A DNA stretch of 55,391 bases from contig CP070655.1 in assembly GCA_020354945.1 (NCBI GenBank), positions 697,119 to 752,509 on the forward strand, read 5' to 3'. Positions 10,101 to 14,059 of this stretch are shown in pieces. The stretch comes from Candidatus Omnitrophota bacterium (GTDB taxonomy: Bacteria; Omnitrophota; Gorgyraeia; JABMRG01; JAFGKX01). How positions within the stretch are numbered: position 1 is the first letter of the stretch; each line of letters opens with the position of its first letter. The notes beneath the pieces were generated by a model. It was not told the DNA's origin. It made no database searches and saw only the letters and a list, made by a program, of their open reading frames with translations. Position numbers and translations under genes: made by a program.

Positions 10101-10713
10101 CGCGGTAAACCACAGTTCCATCAGGCATAACTATTCTTTCATTCAATACTGCCCTTACTAAACCTCTTTGAAAATATACGATGCTGCCGTCATCTTGTGG
10201 AACATAAGTTGTGCCTGCTTTGTATGCCATCTCGCTGGCATACCTTATGGTGCGCATTATATCCTGATACACAAGGTATGAATCGTATTTATCAAGGAAA
10301 ACACGCTGTTTCTGGCTTTGTTCTCTTACGTAGCTCTTGTATTTTCTGTGCTCAATGAGTTGCTTTCTTCTTAAATTTTCCTGCTGCTGATGTATCTGCT
10401 TCAGTTGCTCAATAGCAGTATAACCTCTTCCGGTGATATATTTCTCTTCTTGCTGATTAAGTGCGCTTAAATCAACGCCTTCATCAACTAAAGACTCTAC
10501 CTTGTCAAGGATTTCTTTCTTATCAAGGACAGGTTTAATTGGTTGGGATTGAGAAATGGCTGCAGGTTTCCCCCAGGTAGTAAAATCAGCTCCCTGAGCT
10601 AATTGCTGCCAGGAAAAGCAAATTATTACAGTCCAGCATATAGTCTTATACATAAGACTGCGGGCATTAAAAAAACTTTTATCTCTTAATAATTGGTTAT
10701 CCTGGGGTTTCAT
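1..10713 (-). CDS. Giant secreted YD/Rhs-type repeat protein, N-terminal 3,571 codons; the 3' end lies beyond the left window edge
   Basis: Absent from the ORF track because it has no stop inside the window. ATG at 10713 (complement). Any in-frame stop would have produced a listed minus ORF ending at 10713, and none is listed. Hand translation of 10713-9050, 8940-6841, 5100-3600 and 300-1 found no stop. The N-terminus MKPQDNQLLRDKSFFNARSLMYKTICWTVIICFSWQQLAQGADF looks like a signal peptide. The body is dense in YxYDxxG(R/K/N) motifs, e.g. CIYDSQGRLIEYTEYIYDEDTGELVGK and EYTYDANGKRVLSST. Confidence 0.85.
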   Translation of the reverse strand, partial: MKPQDNQLLRDKSFFNARSLMYKTICWTVIICFSWQQLAQGADFTTWGKPAAISQSQPIKPVLDKKEILDKVESLVDEGVDLSALNQQEEKYITGRGYTAIEQLKQIHQQQENLRRKQLIEHRKYKSYVREQSQKQRVFLDKYDSYLVYQDIMRTIRYASEMAYKAGTTYVPQDDGSIVYFQRGLVRAVLNERIVMPDGTVVYRDTINMTYNDSILLSSYTTITHQGQTNVGLYDFSEFDPEAGYNRFNFNPDALVSEYGYITETHFWDLRYSDVSVFYASDDTNAVKQLLSYRSSSRTYGTVPDSWYEDDEYQHVREDCIYDSQGRLIEYTEYIYDEDTGELVGKIEVSDVVYDPETGETLTYYQQAYEVDNDGNLELVQEGIVYTSYYVDRAFSVEVEINGDTVTETYRDRDDNVIYTIIRTNCVFDGNGKLIRFDLEKKDGNGNTIYKAHFEFVEEDPEGRREYTGVGLEGSSGNTYTIIEKRNQDGTLAEITNVYVNNTGETVYSTVIYQDGKSQSRTVTKYAEDGALLSAATIDYEYYDDGTIKKYKYSRITYADSGEVSSQITIEIDYDTDGNKTSYERRNFSSGGRLEIVEIDYEYGTDGDNTYVIENKTTTVCSGADDINDTTATATISSQSWETTRKTYNAIHKLISLVRINIKDTGEITETVITNTYDENGNRTFHLQVNKTYNIDKGDVAGVVSSVQANATLEGTDVDIDNPETQSLYAREYVWDEYQDGTETKHRRKKIIYLRVNEDNKATKTTTEYAYNDDGKNVITLRITETYDCGDEDVIGWIIEYQNSDYTFTSDDLETTTLRYTRKEYGVDADNNGELDDEEKGLLKKTTTVTVSDSGEATERITQYGYDENHKKIVTTILTNTYDYGADSTIVNDVDTYLRIDGEIKKESTLDGFAWIEPDSIQLRWTHTEYDAEDRIIKKISVSVNDEGEATETTTEYTYDANGKRVLSSTLTKTYNYSDGDSAIGALTGHAQVMIDDANPEDYDFEADTEGESPLATLDSITYRITQNEYDEDGNLIKRISISVSEDGEVTETINEYTYQEIDGRDRRVLSSTLTNKYNVKVATDENLLGNISAYANTLETQKQGIIDSYSTDPLVLVWLNVDSGSLLEIDSITYRITQNEYNEDANLIKRISISVSEDGEVTETINEYTYQEIDGRDRRVLSSTLTKKYDFGEYSGDVIDDLEGHKDSILADGVIFEEFMQMDQLGLNLDTYRDSISYRSTHNIYNENGSLIKSIKLSISERGDITETVTENVYALDKSGEPTRRVTDTKTTTTAYHFSKEDAENIINQLEVQKCSGTFAYLATSEWNDVNKEIVVTITSGILFDLSLSEREDLGSHLETTAVNKTAKRYNEDGKLIYSGTENKKYDKDGNLLEQSYSHEERAYTDEGDLAWVEKESLSADGAVTVDITVYNEDLNENGTLDDGEDINGDDALTSSGQDRRIAYKSKITFNADGSRQEEETRYAYYTRDEGGRKREGKLKQRTTITKKFNAQDTVNPEYEAIETTHNEYNDDGRLIKSYTTCTLNDVVVGFEVDFDVNNDQVVDGNDKVVSLTENVYDGDKIQERYSKSWKKLGDGTYNENEYTESISKYDEKGKFESSVTLNHHYNNSWEIVATFNTEQDGNKISTTYSIDETGEAKKTQRIYEGKSYKVKKTIEEKGTHTVGLLLDVTSFSEADIAATYTEKYETTIIKRRGYKIINQETEYYHNGVLVHTDTKTNDYQGSKLIRSETTRDYEDSAQDQRVALTINEYSGSKRISTYQFDTDREGNVTVSVLLHEDDADIFTANDDLFTKSITFKTADTSVLYALSSSDDEIKINIADIDKQTGQAFGLGIVELNYSDLDSNDDILNISIYQRDNEKPDDMKRLKSYYTKSTQIEDGIIREKSINYYSYENDNSRGRVTDSWDRAYNEDGDLLTYLEIHNTYSLDNDKAYVSHSEMVQITYDLDRETKTVTETRDFNKHSQVVSSTTTTQYSANQYAGMAITHIYERIEKAYSEGLLTNCDIYYSSEGDADVNVTNALLIDESNKGITNLSNSTHGPLNVYDIVFAIHLAPVQVAIASLNRWYQDTGLELPEEGELGEEVEQKIEEEIDKASQGKNITAESIKQTYGIDITGAFSQIGLWLLDNVFKVLPKSIIELVKSFNFLGAGAQPQEGVMAEATKEGDVNFFWNLKDLVRARVKYAIDSLSTTAGLIAKAVEDTVKYSIQKWATTIFHEVAHLVDFTENTILNTVKKARFALLNAFSKQIADFASRYGQISKEEDFSTVAESYAKDTRALFDTTSNILTQKALIVADMFSFKEGEQDKTYIFNIADDGTITAEAVNIQRNSQGNVTLIEGIDIEKPETKDTVVITVDDILKDGISRTVTRSDIITDPAGNTTSYTDTYTDEDGNTITDHIVGLEYNDYGNMTSFYRIHSEPVTGEIKIDAGSVTYWHNASYDGHKLLYFEEEGYTDFKGTIFDEKGYKLTLTDIDPNQAAFYSFSRTIDAWDSHNRATHYTETGNREATGDYEKEWWGTYEDKEEGARLTYYKEDLTGANGVTITTERWITYPSNEGQMISYHEVVTDPVGNQTITDWEGTYDGKDRLIEYHKTVLDTAIGATIEVDWYGSYNNLGQLKSETYLETDAETGKTQSRYLYNIRYNILGKQVSFTEKLVDDTGAILLRYRSGEPLEGDERGTIRYDNAGRMNHYRDLILDEWGNLTTVIWDALEFDQAGRVKHYKEVSRYPQEYMTQERDVSNITYTPYGKMMGFTDTTETYTFEKPTHTAGEYPDYFTGEPVSTFTKTITRSGATLDSNRDLYSYTDTTILEGYDNEADESVLDKQIITTRISTEYEGHLEKSYQELGYETTGTGERISPEKNITVTDISYNAFRKITGYNESARIYGTASDDATALDYTVYTTRDQIRYDLSGRIRGYIDEIASEDKPELTETVDMSQMAYNAMNQLITYKQISTKKEGDGEDDYLITTTVRNNMQYNGFDQVIYYHDTSEVVRDAGTLFVERENKDIHYNLYGQTKGYAEYEHKYDGAEYDTEIISEVSDMLYNNLGLSKEYKIKTISEAEEFTTDRVNYAVVKQQYNNNTIGRISRIETYNTESDYQIKQRLGQDVDYSKKYDIEYDTYAKITGYTTENAKESGLKSYTKAVEIDYTGSIDGQATYMKTENYNHNWRLESETELDRRFDVTRILAYKTVDKLTKPDDGERITEYLDYDSDGNVKESKDYKGITTDYTYIDNEKRDLEYTETRSELEDILSTTYYERLVRFDDLLMASYTIDGYTGRITEYLEYDLFNPERLNENLIKSRDFKNYITTYEYDDDNDMTISTTNNGTIDITRTYYGRVNNGQIATADGDVIEVDATEGALLAAKAVDLRVEDTTTVSGYRETTYLAYNKYDALVKSRDFKGYITEYVYKNNGNGALDYSLTQNPAGVYISRTDYARVGEVADLEGHEGALLAYQATDLRTGRITTYDVYDVDRDNLIQSTDFKDYVTSYSYKESGENIDDIDYAETKNGVAVDAISKTYFDRRYDNRLLAYKVADLRIVDTSTDSGYRETTYDA
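3730..4760 (-). other. Non-repeat ~340-aa insert in the giant protein carrying a gluzincin signature (HEVAH ... YGQISKEEDFSTVAESY)
   Basis: Hand translation gives ...KWATTIFHEVAHLVDFTENTILNTVKKARFALLNAFSKQIADFASRYGQISKEEDFSTVAESYAKD... HEVAH is encoded at 3997-4011. The candidate third-ligand Glu is at 3871-3873, 7 residues after the Tyr of RYGQ. YD-type repeats resume on both sides. Confidence 0.6.
6841..8800 (-). repeat. At least 7 tandem 89-112-aa modules (conserved ~60-aa YD core plus variable spacer) inside the giant CDS
   Basis: Translated cores: DSITYRITQNEYNEDANLIKRISISVSEDGEVTETINEYTYQEIDGRDRRVLSSTLTKKY, DSITYRITQNEYDEDGNLIKRISISVSEDGEVTETINEYTYQEIDGRDRRVLSSTLTNKY and DSIQLRWTHTEYDAEDRIIKKISVSVNDEGEATETTTEYTYDANGKRVLSSTLTKTY. 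Nucleotides 7175-7275 and 7511-7611 are almost identical, with an offset of 336 nt (112 codons). Confidence 0.8.
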
Positions 10714-10843
10714 TTTATTCTCTATTTCTACTATATATAACACATAAAAGTGGGGAATATTCCACTTTTTTTTGCATAATCAAAAAGTTTTTTAAAGCTT
10801 TAAATATGTGGGGTAAAAAAATAGCCCTTTTCATTACACTATA

Positions 10844-10872
10844 AATATACACTATATAAGGGAAAAAGTCAA
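10844..10872 (-). promoter_or_regulatory. Candidate sigma70-type promoter of the giant gene (TTGACT-17-TATATT)
   Basis: On the minus strand, TTGACT lies at 10872-10867 and TATATT at 10849-10844, with a 17-nt spacer. This leaves a ~125-nt leader that contains the hairpin aaaagtgg/ccactttt (about 10748-10771). Confidence 0.4.
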
Positions 10873-10940
10873 GGGTGAGGGGTGATTTTTTAGGGGTGGT
10901 TATTTCAAGCTCAAAATGCCAAAAACGCATCTAGCGAAGA

Positions 10941-11076
10941 AGATTTTGCATGCTTGCCGGAGCGACTGTCAAAAATTGCGAAAACAAACGCGAAATAAGT
11001 GAGCAATTTTTGCCACAGCGAGCGAGGGCCGCGTTTTGCCCGAGCGAGCGACAAACGGAGGCAAGTATGCAAAATT
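10941..11076. repeat. Compound imperfect palindrome (nested inverted repeats) 3' of GH94 gene 1
   Basis: The outer arms gattttgcatgcttgcc (10941-10957) and ggcaagtatgcaaaattc (11059-11076) are reverse complements apart from a few mismatches. The inner arms are ctgtcaaaaattgc (10965-10978) and gcaatttttgccacag (11002-11017). The element is rich in GAGCGA/GCGAA words. Confidence 0.6.
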
Positions 11077-11136
11077 CCTGAGTAACCTCGCTGGGGATTT
11101 TTTGCGGCCCTACGAGAATTGTTACATATCCGAACG

Positions 11137-11181
11137 CAACCGTATCATAACCGTATCATCAAGCACAAAATAACCGTATCA
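11137..11181. repeat. Three direct copies of the 11-mer AACCGTATCAT
   Basis: Exact copies at 11137-11147, 11148-11158 and 11171-11181, just downstream of the GH94 stop codon (11205). A related aaccatttggt follows. Confidence 0.8.
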
Positions 11182-11204
11182 TTTGGTGTAACCATTTGGT
11201 AGGC

Positions 11205-13712
11205 TTATCGTTGAGGGGGTTTACCCATCGTAACCCGCACATAGTGGGTCTTTTCATCTTTAAAAATAGGCAGGATATTGGATTTTACACTTTTGCCGTC
11301 AACTCCTATCTCAACTATGCCAGATGAGACATGCTTGCGGTTGATAACGTCTATAATATATTTTGTTCCTCTAAATGCCCTGTAGACCTTAAATAATCGC
11401 CATCTTTTCGGTATGCAGGGCTCTATAAGCAAACCTTTATAAGTAGGTTTTATGCCCAAAATATGTTCAATTAAAATCTTATTTAGCCAGAAGGCACTCC
11501 TCCCATACCAGGAATAGCTGGCCTTCCCAAATTTGCCAGCATCCGGGCCATCTATATAACAAGAGGCCACAAACGGTTCCATTTCGTATATGTCTGCCCG
11601 GTGGGCTCTATGGACCGGATTTAATCTGGAATATATATCCCAGGCATTGTATGCCCTGTCTAATATAGTTTCTGCCCAGGCTGCCCAGCATGCAAATTCT
11701 ATATTAGTGCCGCCATTTTCTTCTGTGCCTGGAGGCAAGTAGCTTAAAGTGCCGATATTGGAATCCGCCGATTCATACGAGGGAGAAACTGCTATAGGTC
11801 CGTGATTTTTGTAAAGATGCTTAGCGGTGGTAATCAAAAGTTTCCTGGCATCATCACCTTTAATTAAACCGCTTATTACAGCCCAGGTTTGCGGATTTAA
11901 AAATATTATGCTGTTTTTTCTGCCAGATTTTCCTATAATAGCGCCTTTTGATGTTATGGCCCTTGGATACCATTCGCATTTTTTGGCAAGCTTATTTATA
12001 TTGTCTTTTATTTGATTGGACCGTTTTATAAAATCAGATGCTATTTTCCCTTCTTTTAATATGTTGCAAATAATAGAAAATTCGTCCATTATATAGCAGG
12101 CGAATTCTCCGAGCCACACAGAAGAACCCTTGCTATCTGTGCCTATTGCATCGAGCTTTTGATTACAATCACCTTTCATAATTAACGGCAGGCCTTTCTT
12201 TGGAGTTGTGGCCAGGACTTTGTCCATGGCTTTTAGGCAATGGTTAAAAATTGTATCGGTGGAAGCTCCAACATATGCTACCTTCTCTTTAAGAATAGTT
12301 AAATCGGCAGTCTCTTTTATATACTCAATGACTGCAAAAATAAGCCATAGGGGTTCATCTGAAAAATGGGATGGTTCTACTTTTGCCGTAGTGGCCCCTT
12401 TTGCAAAAACAGAACCGTCCCCTTTTTCAATTGGGTCCCAATATGTTAAAACATTGCCATCTTGAAATTGCCTTTTTGCGCATTCTATAATATTTTTCTT
12501 GCAGATCTGGGCATCGATAGGAAGAAATGTAAGGCTGTTCAGGATGAAATCTTTAAACTTAACTATTCCTTCTGCGTTATAATAACAGCCCTTAGCAGAT
12601 AATCCGGATGATATCACCTGATACCTGAACCAATTGTTATTAAGGATATTGGCTCCTTCATCCGGCGTTTTTATATTCATAGACCTTTTAAGATATCCTC
12701 CCCAGCGGCTGCCCATATTCGAAAATTCACCTTCTACCTCTTTTATCTTCTTATATTTTTTTATCAAGTCTTTAGCGGTCTTTTCATCAGGGACAGCTCC
12801 TGCAACAAAAATGAGCTCTCGCTCGCCTCTTGCCTCAATGTCTAAATCAATATGCAAGCAGGCCATAGGGTCAACATATCTTCCTTGCTCTTTAAAACAC
12901 ATACCTTTCTCAACAGAGCGAGGATTGGATGCATCCCTGTAAACACCCAAAAATGCCTTTTTGTCCGTAGTAAAACTATTTACTCGTTTGTTTACAGAAT
13001 GAAATTTCACTTCATCTTTTACCGAATAAGCAAAAATTGCAGACAGCTCCTCGTTAAAAGAAGTCCTTAAAAAGGACCTTGCCTGCCGGCAGGCAGGCTT
13101 TTCTTTATTATTCTTATCAAAATCCCATTGAAGATAGCTAAACACACTTATACTCCTTGGTTCATCCAGAATATTTCTTATTCGCAACTGCCATACCTCA
13201 ACCGGTTCCTCTTTTGCAACAAAACATATCACGCTGCTTATTATATCTGCATATCTGTTAGTTATATTTGTATAACCGACGCCATATCTAACTTCATAAA
13301 ATTCAGGTTTTCTGCACACCGGGCCCCAGGTCGGTGACCAAAATTCCTCAGTTTTATTATCTCTTATATAAAAGAATTTTCCGTCTCTATCGGTGTTTAT
13401 GTCGCCGCTCCATGCTGTTATTTTATCGGAAACACTCCCCTTAAAACTAAACCCTCCTCCGGCCTGGGTTACTATAAACCCATAATTATCATTTGTTATT
13501 ATGTTAGCCCACGGAGCCGGTGAATCCGGAGCAGTAATAACATATTCTGAACCATCGTATAGGAAAAACCCATATCTGGTTCTGAATACCTCTTTTACCT
13601 TCTCAAGCGGCAGGAGCAAAGAGGCCATATGCTTCATTTTGGCTTTTGGCCTTTTCTTTTTTGGTTTTTTCTTTTTCTTCATTTTCTTTCTCTTCATTTT
13701 TTTTCTCTTCAT
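11205..13712 (-). CDS. GH94-family glycoside phosphorylase (cellobiose/chitobiose-phosphorylase-like) with a ~27-aa poly-Lys/Arg N-terminal tail
   Basis: 835-aa ORF. From about residue 45 it parallels the in-window paralogue (RYGFFLYDGSEYVITAPDSPAPWANII versus KYGHFSKDGKEFIIINPATPRPWINYL), which is the typical GH94 N-terminus. GGAGG at 13721-13725 lies 8 nt upstream of ATG 13712. Confidence 0.85.
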   Translation of the reverse strand: MKRKKMKRKKMKKKKKPKKKRPKAKMKHMASLLLPLEKVKEVFRTRYGFFLYDGSEYVITAPDSPAPWANIITNDNYGFIVTQAGGGFSFKGSVSDKITAWSGDINTDRDGKFFYIRDNKTEEFWSPTWGPVCRKPEFYEVRYGVGYTNITNRYADIISSVICFVAKEEPVEVWQLRIRNILDEPRSISVFSYLQWDFDKNNKEKPACRQARSFLRTSFNEELSAIFAYSVKDEVKFHSVNKRVNSFTTDKKAFLGVYRDASNPRSVEKGMCFKEQGRYVDPMACLHIDLDIEARGERELIFVAGAVPDEKTAKDLIKKYKKIKEVEGEFSNMGSRWGGYLKRSMNIKTPDEGANILNNNWFRYQVISSGLSAKGCYYNAEGIVKFKDFILNSLTFLPIDAQICKKNIIECAKRQFQDGNVLTYWDPIEKGDGSVFAKGATTAKVEPSHFSDEPLWLIFAVIEYIKETADLTILKEKVAYVGASTDTIFNHCLKAMDKVLATTPKKGLPLIMKGDCNQKLDAIGTDSKGSSVWLGEFACYIMDEFSIICNILKEGKIASDFIKRSNQIKDNINKLAKKCEWYPRAITSKGAIIGKSGRKNSIIFLNPQTWAVISGLIKGDDARKLLITTAKHLYKNHGPIAVSPSYESADSNIGTLSYLPPGTEENGGTNIEFACWAAWAETILDRAYNAWDIYSRLNPVHRAHRADIYEMEPFVASCYIDGPDAGKFGKASYSWYGRSAFWLNKILIEHILGIKPTYKGLLIEPCIPKRWRLFKVYRAFRGTKYIIDVINRKHVSSGIVEIGVDGKSVKSNILPIFKDEKTHYVRVTMGKPPQR

Positions 13713-13875
13713 TTACACTTCCTCCAGTTTTTATGGAAACGCCACAAGCGAAAAGCATTGTGGAGCGAGACATAAGAAATTTTTTGCCAAAAACCACTTA
13801 AAACGAAGAACATTGTTAGCAAAACAATTAATTTTTTTCGCCAAAAAACGCCTCAAGCGAAGTAATTACCTATGA

Positions 13876-14039
13876 GCAGCAATGGCATTTTTTAGCATTT
13901 TGCGAACGAGAATGAACGAGGTTTGCAGAGGCAAACCGAGCGAAGGAAAGTTTGTGTTTAAGCCCGAACATATCGTAAGATGTGAGGGCGAGTTAAACTT
14001 TCCCGAAGTGAGCAAAATGCGTAAAAAAATGCGTGCTGC
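13876..14039. repeat. Compound imperfect palindrome (28-nt closing arms, two internal hairpins) immediately 3' of leuS
   Basis: The arms are gcagcaatggcattttttagcattttgc (13876-13903) and gcaaaatgcgtaaaaaaatgcgtgctgc (14012-14039). Internal hairpins are ggtttgc-agag-gcaaacc (13920-13937) and ggaaagttt...aaactttcc (13945-14003). It shares the word AAGTGAGCAA with the 10941-11076 element. Confidence 0.65.
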
Positions 14040-14059
14040 GAATAGGTAATTTCTGAGCG

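Noticed and set aside
10715-10930. 71-aa minus-strand ORF upstream of the giant gene
   Set aside because: It has no RBS and an implausible composition. It covers the predicted promoter and leader hairpin of the giant gene.
13501-13875. 124-aa plus-strand ORF and the 64-aa minus ORF 13603-13797 around the GH94 start
   Set aside because: Both are generated by the purine-rich poly-Lys coding run and its complement (poly-Phe). They have no RBS and overlap the supported GH94 start.
13904-14011. GGCAAACC...GCGAA words reminiscent of a c-di-GMP-I (GEMM-I) riboswitch
   Set aside because: The words are on the plus strand, with no plus-strand gene downstream. The P1/P2 tetraloop-receptor architecture is not reproduced. 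The resemblance is limited to a short word.
10941-14039. Idea that GH94 gene 1 is an integron-type cassette with attC-like palindromes
   Set aside because: There is no integrase or attI in the window. I could not recognise R''/R' (RYYYAAC/GTTRRRY) core sites at the palindrome ends, and the arms are longer and more nested than typical attC sites. I kept it only as a generic bracketing-palindromes observation.
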